Shown: positions 9,884-19,204, counted from the stretch's first letter. The stretch: DNA of 64,000 nucleotides from an uncultured Acidobacteriaceae bacterium (GCA_963763665.1 CAVXPT010000005.1:573122-637121), one strand, 5' to 3'. Translations and numbers: made by a program. Notes: generated by a model not told the origin, from the sequence alone.

Positions 9884-10367
9884 GAATTGCTCCTGTCTTG
9901 CTATTGGATGAGGAATGTGTCCTGCTCGTACTCAAAACCGGTTGCACGAAATAGTTCCATGGAGAGCCCTCTAGCGGGCCCACCTTCTCTTTCAAAATGG
10001 ATGTGGAGTCGAAATATCGACGACATGTCCAAATTGCCCCTGATTCGAGCAATGCCAGCAGCAACGCGAAGATGAAGCTGCCCGGTCCCATGAAGAGATG
10101 GAACAATACGATGTTGAGAGCGATGGGTCCGAGCAGCACAAGTGCCAGTACGCTCCAGCGCCCAACGAGCAGCAAAAGACTGCCCAGCAGCTGGAGGCCG
10201 AAGAGAAGCGCAACGTAACGCGACAAGAAGATGGTTGCGATGGATTGCTGGGCGATACACCTTAACGGCAGGTGGGCCATCAGGCGCAGGAAGCCACTGA
10301 GGCCCAGCCACAGAAGGGTGACTCCTATCAAGATCTGAGCGGTAATGGCGATGATTTTCATTCGCAC
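9876..10367 (-). CDS. Small four-TM membrane protein (possibly DoxX-like), translationally coupled to the downstream aldo/keto reductase
   Basis: Four hydrophobic helices (IIAITAQILIGVTLLWLGL, VALLFGLQLLGSLLLLV, VLALVLLGPIALNIVLF, FIFALLLALLESGAIW). Its stop overlaps the AKR start by 8 nt. The family assignment is uncertain. Confidence 0.55.
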   Translation of the reverse strand: MRMKIIAITAQILIGVTLLWLGLSGFLRLMAHLPLRCIAQQSIATIFLSRYVALLFGLQLLGSLLLLVGRWSVLALVLLGPIALNIVLFHLFMGPGSFIFALLLALLESGAIWTCRRYFDSTSILKEKVGPLEGSPWNYFVQPVLSTSRTHSSSNSKTGAIHE

Positions 10368-10530
10368 AGCCTCTGTTGTTCGGAATTGCGTCCCTAGTGG
10401 CCCCAGAAATCATTAGAGAGGTTCACGACGATCGGCTCTGGCGTACTTCTCACCACGACCCAGCGAAACGGAGTGGTTTCTGAAGAATTCAGTTCCTGAT
10501 GTGGCTAGCCAAGACGGAAGGTGAAGAAAT

Positions 10531-10549
10531 CCCCCCCCCCCCCCCCCCC
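10531..10549. repeat. C19 (G19 on the minus strand) homopolymer tract in a divergent promoter region
   Basis: Counted directly: 19 consecutive C between ...gaagaaat and accagaaatg. It lies ~165 bp upstream of the minus-strand membrane-protein start (10367) and ~340 bp upstream of the TetR start (10887). Confidence 0.95.
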
Positions 10550-10758
10550 ACCAGAAATGTGGCCTGCCCACAGGGCAGATGTGATTCCGTGCGCTGCTGA
10601 TATAGCGGACATTCGCTGCGAGCCGGACGTCTGTAACGTCTCTGCATCCATTTGATTCGGGCGGATGATGTTGATCGTGCTTCGAGAAGGAGTTTCGCTG
10701 TCTTGATCGGCAACCCGTGGAGCGATGCCGATTCCATGGATGATGTCCTGCTCCAAGG

Positions 10759-10779
10759 TGTACTGTAATGTACAGTACA
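10759..10779. promoter_or_regulatory. Perfect 9-bp inverted repeat TGTACTGTA-atg-TACAGTACA; candidate TetR operator
   Basis: Read directly from the sequence. It lies 108 bp upstream of the TetR start in the divergent intergenic region. Confidence 0.45.
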
Positions 10780-10886
10780 ACTTGAGCGCTGTGGATTGCA
10801 ACCCTCTGCGCTCAGGATGGCTAGCCTACCAGCGGTGCTTCACCGCCTGGTGATTCGGAAGATATCGAAAAGGGAACGAGGGCAGA

Positions 10887-11504
10887 ATGACTGCAAAGCG
10901 AAGCCGAGCAGAAGCCCGGAACGGCAAGTTGCGAACTGTTGCAGCAGACCTGTTTCTGAAACGTGGCTATGATGGCGTAACAATTGACAGAGTGGTTGAG
11001 TTGGCCGGCGGATCAAAGAGCACGGTATATAGCGAGTTTGGCGGGAAATGCGGCTTATTTATCAACAGCATCGAGACTCTTTGCCGCCAATCTAATGAGC
11101 CGCTCGCGAAACTCGACTACACGGGTCTCAACCTCGAACAGAGTCTGAAAACACTTGCCTTCCACATCCTGAAGCTCATCACGGCAAAGCGCTCGGTGGA
11201 TCTCCATCGGCTCGCTATCGGAGAAGCAGCGAACTGCCCTGAAGTCGGTGAAGCGTGGTACCTGCACGGCCCAGCGAGAACAGCTTCTTTCATCAGAGTT
11301 GTGTTTGAGACTCACCGGAGTGAACTGCGTAATAGCTCGGTTTCGATCGAACGGCTGGCAGTATTTCTCCACGATTGTCTGACGGGGGATGTTCTTTACC
11401 GTCTCCTCGCCGGGGTTGCAAAGCGGGAAAGCGATGCTGAGCTTGAACGCACCGCCAATGCCATTGTTGAGGTGTTCCTCGCGAGTGTGAAGGTTGCAAA
11501 GTGA
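10887..11504 (+). CDS. TetR/AcrR-family transcriptional regulator
   Basis: N-terminal HTH block LFLKRGYDGVTIDRVVELAGGSKSTVYSEFGGK. About 200 aa. A purine-rich stretch (agggaacgaggg) precedes the ATG. Confidence 0.9.
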   Translation: MTAKRSRAEARNGKLRTVAADLFLKRGYDGVTIDRVVELAGGSKSTVYSEFGGKCGLFINSIETLCRQSNEPLAKLDYTGLNLEQSLKTLAFHILKLITAKRSVDLHRLAIGEAANCPEVGEAWYLHGPARTASFIRVVFETHRSELRNSSVSIERLAVFLHDCLTGDVLYRLLAGVAKRESDAELERTANAIVEVFLASVKVAK

Positions 11505-11664
11505 ACTATCCAGATGGATCACGGCCGCCAGTCGAGATCCGCGAGGTATTCGATTCGCGAGTCTCGGCCCGGCGCCCCGATGTTAGAAATAAAGGTTGGA
11601 AGGTTCATCAGTAGGGGAGCCTTCAAGTTTGTCTACTGCGTGAGCCTGAAGGAGACTCGAGCCG

Positions 11665-12696
11665 ATGAACCACATGCCCGATGCAAAACGATATGAAACG
11701 GCCACCTTCCGGCGGTGCGGCAAATCCGGGCTTGTCCTGCCACCTGTATCGCTGGGTCTATGGCAGAACTTTGGAGGTGCCGACGTCTTCGAGACGGGTC
11801 GGTCGGTGATCCGCCGTGCCTTCGACCGCGGTGTGACGCACTTCGACCTCGCCAATAACTATGGGCCGCCGTACGGATCGGCAGAGGAAAACTTCGGTGA
11901 GATACTGCGCAAGGACTTTCGTGATCATCGTAACGAACTCGTGATCTCCACCAAGGCCGGATGGGATATGTGGCCCGGTCCTTATGGTGTAGGCGGCTCT
12001 CGAAAATACCTGCTGGCTTCGCTTGATGAAAGCCTGCAACGCATGGGCCTGGAGTACGTCGACATCTTCTATTCGCACCGCCCCACCACGAACGCGCCGC
12101 TGGAAGAGACGATGGGCGCGCTTGCCCACGCGGTTCGTCAGGGCAAGGCACTCTATGTGGGCATTTCTTCCTACAGCGCGGAGCGCACGCGCGATGCTTT
12201 CCGCGTGCTGCAGAGCGAGGGCGTACCCTTGCTCATTCATCAGCCTTCCTACTCTATGTTGAACCGCTGGGTGGAGCGGGAACTGCTGGCAACCCTCGAT
12301 GCGCTAGGAGTGGGATGCATCGCATTCTCTCCGTTGGCTCAGGGACTGCTCACCAATAAGTATCTGAACGGAGTGCCAGAGGATTCGCGCGCGAAGGCGC
12401 AGGGCTCGTTTCAAAAAGAGTTCCTGAGTGATGAGAACCTGAACCGCGTGCGCGTACTCGACAGGCTCGCTCAACAGCGCGGCCAGACACTCGCCCAGAT
12501 GGCGATCGCCTGGGTGCTGCGTGACCGGCGGGTCACCTCTGCGCTGATCGGAGCACGCAACGTGCAACAGCTCGACGACTCTCTCGACGCGATGCAGCGG
12601 CCGCAGTTCAGTGACGAGGAGCTGAAGGAGATCGACCAGTTTGCCCAGGAGAGCTCGGTCGACCTGTGGAAGGATGCGCGTGAGAGCATGAGCTGA
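11665..12696 (+). CDS. gpr: L-glyceraldehyde-3-phosphate reductase-type aldo/keto reductase (YghZ/Gpr-like, Kv-beta family)
   Basis: Collinear from memory with E. coli YghZ: CGKSGLVLPPVSLGLWQNFG, THFDLANNYGPPYGSAEENFG, GGSRKYLLASLDESLQRMGLEYVDIFYSHR, GKALYVGISSYS, LLIHQPSYSMLNRW. Confidence 0.85.
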   Translation: MNHMPDAKRYETATFRRCGKSGLVLPPVSLGLWQNFGGADVFETGRSVIRRAFDRGVTHFDLANNYGPPYGSAEENFGEILRKDFRDHRNELVISTKAGWDMWPGPYGVGGSRKYLLASLDESLQRMGLEYVDIFYSHRPTTNAPLEETMGALAHAVRQGKALYVGISSYSAERTRDAFRVLQSEGVPLLIHQPSYSMLNRWVERELLATLDALGVGCIAFSPLAQGLLTNKYLNGVPEDSRAKAQGSFQKEFLSDENLNRVRVLDRLAQQRGQTLAQMAIAWVLRDRRVTSALIGARNVQQLDDSLDAMQRPQFSDEELKEIDQFAQESSVDLWKDARESMS

Positions 12697-12916
12697 CTGG
12701 TCCTTCGGTAGTGATTCGATTTTGATTGAATCTTCGTGAAGTCAGAAGATTGCCGCTTTCGAAACCGTTCGTGTCGATCATCTTCACACTTTCGCGATAG
12801 CGCGCTTTAGAATTTTGCTGTGCGCTCATAAATGGAACGGAGGTATCTCACCGCGTTGTGCGAGTTCATGCGCAAACACCAGGGAGACGCGGGAAGTGCA
12901 GGCAGTGCTGAGATTT

Positions 12917-13783
12917 CTAATCGATTTGCGAAATGCAGTCGCCGCGCGGCTCGTCTTGCGATGCAATACCATACTTTCCGGCCAGCCATGCTCGCATGGA
13001 TTGTGGGAGCGTGCCAGCGATCTCCTGCCATGTGACCAATTGCAATTGTGAGCGAAGGCACACGAGCTTGACCGCTCTGACGACGGTAAACCAGGCGTCA
13101 ATCAGGTCGGGACGGCGAGCATCGCAGATGACACAATAGCGAATTCCCTGCTCTGCGAACGCGGATAAAACCCCGCGGATGAGTTGGTAGTGGAGATACG
13201 ATTCGCCTATCTGTGGCAGCATGTGCGCATCGAAGGCAGATTCGAAGTCGCGATAGCGTTCGACGCGAACGCGGGGAGCACGTTGGAACTCAGCTTCCGT
13301 GAGCTTCGCTTCGATCAGTAGATCTCCGATGCGGAGATCTACCTCCGTTCGCTCTACGTGATTTGCAATCAGAGGTATTCGGGGCTTGCAGCCGAACTGA
13401 AGGCGCTCGGGCGGTTTTGTGCCGAGCAGAGTGCGGAGAAAACTACTGGCCGCAAAAGCTTGTGGGTGACAGAAGATATTCATGAGGAGCGCGTCAGAGC
13501 TCGCGGCCGTGTCCAGCTCTCTTCTCTCCGAGTCATGACTTACTAGGCTGCGCCGCGCGGAGGTGTGAGACTTTGCCAGCCGACGATTCCATTCGGGCCG
13601 CCGGCGAATGCATTTGTACGATGCCGGATGAAAGTTCCCATGAGTCCCATCCTCGGTCTCGCGGAATAGAACAGCGGGCAAGTTTCCGATGGTGCATTCG
13701 TGAGGCAGGTCGTTGCACCTGGCCCACGAAAGAGCGCGAAGACTGAGTTCTTCACGGAGGCGCGTTGCATAGCTGATGGTCAT
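12917..13783 (-). CDS. Hypothetical protein with a PD-(D/E)xK nuclease-like core
   Basis: Motif TEVDLRIGDLLIEAKLTE: an acidic residue on one strand followed by E-x-K on the next hydrophobic strand. I prefer ATG 13783 (MTISYATRL...) over the track start 13894, which would overlap the ligase gene. No other family signature recognised. Confidence 0.5.
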   Translation of the reverse strand: MTISYATRLREELSLRALSWARCNDLPHECTIGNLPAVLFRETEDGTHGNFHPASYKCIRRRPEWNRRLAKSHTSARRSLVSHDSERRELDTAASSDALLMNIFCHPQAFAASSFLRTLLGTKPPERLQFGCKPRIPLIANHVERTEVDLRIGDLLIEAKLTEAEFQRAPRVRVERYRDFESAFDAHMLPQIGESYLHYQLIRGVLSAFAEQGIRYCVICDARRPDLIDAWFTVVRAVKLVCLRSQLQLVTWQEIAGTLPQSMRAWLAGKYGIASQDEPRGDCISQID

Positions 13784-13841
13784 TTGGAAGCCGGCACGGA
13801 CATTCTCGATCTGTCGACTACACATGCAGCTTAGGTGAAGC

Positions 13842-14990
13842 GTGAGTGGAAAAGCAAACAAACGGCGAAGACGGTCAGGATCGCGGCCATCCACAAGTTA
13901 CGATGAGGCGTGCGCCTGCCTCGTAAATCCGCCTATCCTGCCCATGCTTGCCAAGCGGGTCGATGAGCTTCCCCAAGAAGGCACGTGGAGTTTCGAACCC
14001 AAATGGGATGGATTTCGCGCTCTGATTTTTCGCGATGCCGACGAGATCCTGATCCAGAGCCGCGATGAGAAGTCACTCAATCGCTACTTTCCGGAACTCA
14101 TCGATCCATTGCTGCGGCAGCTACCCGACCGTTATGTGCTGGACGGTGAGATCGTGATTGCCAGGAATGGCGCGCTTGATTTCGAAGCGCTGCAGCTTCG
14201 TATTCATCCTGCTGCGTCGAGGGTGAAGCTGCTATCGCAGCAGACGCCGACATCCTTCGTATGCTTTGACCTGCTTTGCGAGGGAAATGATGATCTGTGT
14301 GGCGAGGCGTTCGATCGTCGCCGCGCGCGACTGGAGGAGCTGTTCGCATCTGCTGCTTCCCCACTTCATCTCACACCGGCGACACGCGATCGAACCGTCG
14401 CCTCCGACTGGTTTCGCCGCTTTGAAGGCGCGGGTCTCGACGGCGTGATGGTCAAGCCGCTGGATGGGACATATGAACCCGGCAAACGCGTGATGCTCAA
14501 GGTGAAGCACGAGCGAGACTGCGATTGCGTCGTGGCCGGCTTTCGTTGGTACAAGGATGCCGAGGGTGAAGCCATCGGCTCCCTTCTGCTCGGACTTTTT
14601 GACGAATCCGGGACGCTGCAGCACGTAGGTGTCTGCGCCAGCTTTACCAGAGACAAGCGACGAGAGCTTCTGGAGTTCGTGATGCCGTATCGGAAGAATG
14701 CGCTCGTGGATCATCCCTGGGCATCCTGGGCAGACGACGAGGCCGCAACGGGAAGTCGCATGCCAGGTGGACAGAGCCGCTGGAGCCAGGGAAAGGACCT
14801 ATCATGGGAGCCATTACGACCCGAGCTCGTGGTCGAAGTGGCGTACGAGCACATGCAAGGGAAACGATTCCGGCACATGGCTCACTTTCGCAGATGGCGC
14901 ACAGATAAGAAGACGGCCGACTGCACGTATGCTCAACTCGAGATTGTGCCGCCGCACGAGCTGGAACAGATTTTCGCGAGCGGCCGCTAG
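13842..14990 (+). CDS. Stand-alone ATP-dependent DNA ligase (LigC / LigD-ligase-domain type)
   Basis: Adenylation motif I EPKWDGFR, motif III LDGEIV, motif IV GVMVK, motif V MLKVKH, plus an OB-fold C-terminus. The start is uncertain (GTG 13842 or ATG 13944). Confidence 0.85.
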   Translation: MSGKANKRRRRSGSRPSTSYDEACACLVNPPILPMLAKRVDELPQEGTWSFEPKWDGFRALIFRDADEILIQSRDEKSLNRYFPELIDPLLRQLPDRYVLDGEIVIARNGALDFEALQLRIHPAASRVKLLSQQTPTSFVCFDLLCEGNDDLCGEAFDRRRARLEELFASAASPLHLTPATRDRTVASDWFRRFEGAGLDGVMVKPLDGTYEPGKRVMLKVKHERDCDCVVAGFRWYKDAEGEAIGSLLLGLFDESGTLQHVGVCASFTRDKRRELLEFVMPYRKNALVDHPWASWADDEAATGSRMPGGQSRWSQGKDLSWEPLRPELVVEVAYEHMQGKRFRHMAHFRRWRTDKKTADCTYAQLEIVPPHELEQIFASGR

Positions 14991-16334
14991 CCTTGAGAGT
15001 TATCGTGAGCCTTCTTGGATATCTTTGCTCGCCATTCACGTGTCGGATCGTCATCCGGATCGGGAGTTTCCTGCGGTGGCCGCAGCTCCTGTGGAACGTG
15101 CCGCAGGTTCACTCGAATGCGGGTCCAGGTGGAGGATCTCCCGCGCATTCTATCGACCAGCACATCGTCCACGGCCAGATGTGCCGCCGCTTCTGGATAT
15201 TTTTTCTTCCATTTCTCGAGACCCTCAAGAGCGGCTTCTTCGCTTGGTGAATTGGCAGTTACGAGCAGGGGCATTCTGGGCCGCGGCTTACTGACAGCTT
15301 TCTTCTCGGCAGTCGTCTTCGACGCAGTCCTGGCGCGCGAGGGAGAAACGCGTGGCGCTTCGCCCTCTGCCTTGCGGAAATGTGGCGGCCATGGAGCATC
15401 GCCGAGACCAGCAGCTTCATCCTTGGCCGCGAGATCAAGCAATCGTTCGAGCGACCCTGGGGATGCGTCGATGGCTGCGTGGGGATCGCCGAGCTCGGCA
15501 AAGCGCTTCGGCATGGTCAGGACTGTAAAGTCCGCCGGGTCGACAGTCGGAAACCTCCTGCCAATGAAGCGGTGCAGAGACGCGTGCATCAGGAAGCGGG
15601 CGCACAGAGTAGGCGGAGGCCGTCGTGCGGTCTTTCGCGTTCTGGTTGTAGTCCAGGAAGACGCCATGGCGCTCCTCCTTCCACCACTTTGAACTGGCCA
15701 TGGCGGGCATGCGCCGCTCCACTTCTCGCGAGAGTGCCAGCGCGGCGCGGCGTACTTCGCTAAATGTCCATCGTGGCTCGATTCGCACGATCACGTGCAT
15801 GCCTCGCGAACCACTTGTCTTCGGCCAGCCACGAAGGCCGCACTCCTCCAGTAGGGATTTCACTTCGAGCGAGATGCGCTTGACATCAGTCCATGAAACG
15901 CCCGGTCCCGGATCCAGATCTATCCGTAGTTCGTCCGGATGATCCAGGTCGCCGGAGCGCACGGGATGCGGATGCAGCTCGATGCATCCCAGGTTGACGA
16001 TCCAGGCCAGACCCGCTGCATCGTCCACAACGAGTTCTTCCGCAGTTCTGCCCGACGGAAAGGACAACGTGACAGTTCGCAGCCATGAGGGACGTTCGGA
16101 GGGGGCTCGCTTTTGATAGAACGCCTCGCCCTCAGCACCGTTCACGAAGCGTTTGAGAACGATCGGACGGTCTTGAATGCCGCCGAGGGCGCCTTCGGCA
16201 ACGGACAGGTAATACTGCACGATATCGAGCTTTGAGAGTTTGACCTGCTTCGAGAAATACAGCTTGTCGGGGTGGGTTACGCGGACCTCGCGCCCATGGA
16301 TCGAAAGCACCTCGGCTGCTTCTTCATGTTTCAC
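14987..16334 (-). pseudogene. LigD-type primase-polymerase (Prim-Pol) with a long C-terminal extension, interrupted by one frameshift
   Basis: The frame of track ORF 15435..16334 carries the Prim-Pol motifs (LGCIELHPHP, ELRIDLDPGP, KTSGSRGMHV, FLDYNQN). The conserved continuation (VDPADFTVLTMPKRFAELGDP, APWPPHF, RGRSSTWTRIRVNL) lies in the frame of track ORF 14987..15667. The join falls within 15542-15557 at a T3 run. Removing one T gives HWQEVPTVDPADF. Confidence 0.75.
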
Positions 16335-16384
16335 GCAATAAGGCTACACCCGTCATAAATGATGCTGATCTGGTGTGTGCTCCA

Positions 16385-18712
16385 TCAGAACCTTGTGTTC
16401 AGGCGCATGGTAACGCTGCGTGCCGGCGAAATCGCATTGCCAGAAAACAGGCCGCCGAAGTCGAGGACGTTGAGGCGATTGTTGAGATTGCTCCCATCCA
16501 CCTGAAAGCGCATGTTCATTTTTTCGCCCTTATAGACATCCGCACCCAGCGACGAGTTGACGGCAAGCAAAGGCCGCATGCGTCCGCGCGCGAAGTTGAT
16601 CCGGCTCACGACCTGCGGACCGTATCGGGCTAACGCATCGGCTTCTGTTCCTTGGTACTGGAAGGGGAGGCCGGAGCCATATTCCGCGCCCGCAGCGAAC
16701 CAGATGCGTGGAAGGACCTGATACTGAAAACGCGTTCTGAGAGTGTTGCGCTGGTCTTGCGAGACCGGAAGATGTCCCTTCAACTGAGTAACAGGGTTGC
16801 CTACGTCATCACCAAGGAAGAGGCCGCCCGTGACCGGGAGCCATACATTGCCGACCATGTATGAGTAGCTGAGATAGCCATTCATTTTGCCGAGCCGCGC
16901 GACAGCCAACTTGGCTTCCGCGCCGTAGATAACAGACTTATCAAATGCGATGGGGTAGCTCACCCCGGTATTCAGAAGTTGATCGTCGTCAGCATAGTTT
17001 TTGACGTCACGGCGGTAGACATTCATATCAAGGCGTAGTCGGTTAAAGAGCGCCTGGGTAATACCACCTTCGTAGTAGTTGCCCAAGGATGGCTGAACAG
17101 GCAGACGGAGAAACTGATCGCTGAGAGCGTCAATTTGCGGAGAACTGGAGATCAAGATGTTTTCAAAAGAGGGTGTCTGAAAGACGCGATCGAACGAGCC
17201 ATGAAGTACCAGGTTGAGTGAAGGCAGATAGCGGCCGATCGAGATACGCGGGCTGAACGCATTCTGATTGAGCAGGAGTTGATAGTGGTCCCACCGCAGC
17301 CCCGCGCTGACTGTCCAATTGCCGAGACGGATCAGGTCTTCGACGAACGCCGATTGTTCCAAATCCGGCCGCTGACCGGCAAAACTCAAAGTCCGGGGGG
17401 CATAGGGATCGAAATAGGTCTCATCGGTGATTTTGTAATTGAAGTGTTCGTGGAGGAAGATGGCATCCGACTCAAGACCGACCTTGAACTCGTGGCGGCC
17501 ATGATGCAGTGACAGCGTTCCCTTGAAGTAGCCTTCGCGAAAATCGTTGTGCTGAAACGCGATAACGGGCGTGGACTTCGGATTGGAATACAGATTGTTC
17601 GCGTTGTCGCGCACCATGCCGGCGACGGCAATGAGGCTATCCGGCGAGACGATGTGCTGATAGTGCACCGTGCCCATCGTTTCGAAATTGTCCCCATTCT
17701 GAATCTGCCCCGCCTGCTGCTGTAGCAGTTCATTCGGAATGAGAAAGCGAGACAACTCGTGACGCACATCGAAGCTCACCCGATCCCGGGCACTGAGATC
17801 GCGCTCATACCGCGTGGAGAAATCTGCGATGGTCCCGGTGTTGGTATAGTTTTCTGGAACCACCGGATTGAGGTAATGCGCTGTTGTGCTACCGGACGCC
17901 GTTACGCTGGCGGTGTTTCTCCCCCACCCGTCCTGTAGCTGACCATAGGAGGCGGCGGTATCATAGCTGCCACCTGACAGGACGAGTTGGCCATGGACGC
18001 CGGAATCGGTTTGCCGCCGCGTATCGAGTTCAACCACGCCCCCCATTTTTCTGCCATACTCTGCCGGATACCCGGCCGTGTAGACGCTTATCGCATCCAG
18101 ATCGTCCGCCTCGATCTCAGGACCGAAGCTAGGAGAGCGGTTGTCGGTAAGCGGAATGCCGTCGATAACGAACTGAGTTTGATACTCGGAGCCGCGCGGA
18201 TGGAGGACAGCGTTGCCTTCATAGATCCATCCCGGCTGGGAATTCACGAGATCCTGGATGGAGCGTCCGGGTAGTGAGGAGAGCCGCTCCTCGATCTGCT
18301 TTGCGCCGATCCGCATGACGGAAGATGGACGGTCAGGATCAATCAGTGTGTTTGCCGCGGTTACGTTTACTTTGGTGACGACCGAGGCAAGGTTGAGCTG
18401 GACACTCTGTGAGACAGGCAGCGCGGAACGGACTTCTACAGATGTTGAAGAAGAGGTGAAGCCCGGCTTTGTTACCAGAATCTGATACATGCCATAGGGC
18501 ACGCTTTGCACTGTAATGGTCCCGGATGCATCGATGGTGAAGGTCTTGGCATAGCCATTGCCCGCGCAGGTCAGTTTGACCGAAGCCGCGACGGAGGCAC
18601 CCGAAGGATCCGCTACCTTCAGACGAAGCTCACCGTAGTCCACCTGTGCGAGGGCAGGAAGAGCGGTCAAAAGGAGCAATGCTAGTAGCTTCTTCACCTG
18701 GATTCGTCTCAA
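16385..18712 (-). CDS. TonB-dependent outer-membrane receptor with an N-terminal carboxypeptidase-regulatory-like domain
   Basis: Signal peptide ending ALAQ. Ig-like N-domain (LRLKVADPSGASVA..YQILVTKPGF). Plug block (GRSIQDLV..HPRGSEYQTQFVIDGIPL). Beta-barrel ending ..RLNTRF. Confidence 0.85.
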   Translation of the reverse strand: MRRIQVKKLLALLLLTALPALAQVDYGELRLKVADPSGASVAASVKLTCAGNGYAKTFTIDASGTITVQSVPYGMYQILVTKPGFTSSSTSVEVRSALPVSQSVQLNLASVVTKVNVTAANTLIDPDRPSSVMRIGAKQIEERLSSLPGRSIQDLVNSQPGWIYEGNAVLHPRGSEYQTQFVIDGIPLTDNRSPSFGPEIEADDLDAISVYTAGYPAEYGRKMGGVVELDTRRQTDSGVHGQLVLSGGSYDTAASYGQLQDGWGRNTASVTASGSTTAHYLNPVVPENYTNTGTIADFSTRYERDLSARDRVSFDVRHELSRFLIPNELLQQQAGQIQNGDNFETMGTVHYQHIVSPDSLIAVAGMVRDNANNLYSNPKSTPVIAFQHNDFREGYFKGTLSLHHGRHEFKVGLESDAIFLHEHFNYKITDETYFDPYAPRTLSFAGQRPDLEQSAFVEDLIRLGNWTVSAGLRWDHYQLLLNQNAFSPRISIGRYLPSLNLVLHGSFDRVFQTPSFENILISSSPQIDALSDQFLRLPVQPSLGNYYEGGITQALFNRLRLDMNVYRRDVKNYADDDQLLNTGVSYPIAFDKSVIYGAEAKLAVARLGKMNGYLSYSYMVGNVWLPVTGGLFLGDDVGNPVTQLKGHLPVSQDQRNTLRTRFQYQVLPRIWFAAGAEYGSGLPFQYQGTEADALARYGPQVVSRINFARGRMRPLLAVNSSLGADVYKGEKMNMRFQVDGSNLNNRLNVLDFGGLFSGNAISPARSVTMRLNTRF

Positions 18713-19204
18713 GTGGACAGGCTTACACGATGGGGAAAGCGATTGCGAATCGCAATAACGGCCTCAGCGCTCCTCGAAGTATGTCAGCCGCCCGCTCATT
18801 TGGCCCTCCCCAAAACGGTGCAGGGTCGATACGTTTCATTTCTTTGTCATTTTGCCGCCGGTACAACGGCACATCGAACGGCTGGGCATCCTCTGCAATC
18901 GCCGTACTAGACCTGGACTTGGCTCCCGGCGGACGACGCTGATTCCGTATCTCTGACGATAAACCGGGCCCGGAGACAGGGTCACGGCGTCCACTGGTTC
19001 GCTTGAGGTCTGCACCGTCCAAACCGGCCTGGCCCCTTGCCGCCCTCAGCTCAAATTTGCCCTTTTGGCGGCCGCGGTTGCAAAATTCGGCACTCTGCTG
19101 CCGCTGGCTATTATGATGGGCGCGCGATGCTCGCGCAGTTTCCGACGCCAATGTGGCGCGGCAGCAAGGGTTGAAATACCAATACCAGGATCGTGAAAGG
19201 CTCC

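Noticed and set aside
10489-10801. Two overlapping minus-strand ORFs encoding poly-Gly runs across the C19 tract
   Set aside because: The Gly run is simply the homopolymer translated. The flanking sequence has no protein-like features, and the region is a divergent promoter.
12917-16334. Canonical Ku-LigD non-homologous end-joining operon
   Set aside because: No Ku-like ORF is present. The ligase and polymerase are separate genes rather than one multidomain LigD, and no phosphoesterase domain is visible. I therefore describe it as a LigC/Prim-Pol-like pair.
18713-19192. Riboswitch (cobalamin, TPP or other) in the 480-bp region between the classical TBDR and the MFS porter
   Set aside because: I read both strands and found none of the conserved cores I know (B12 box, TPP CUGAGA/ACCUGA). 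I cannot run a covariance-model search (Infernal/Rfam), so this is only a by-eye negative.
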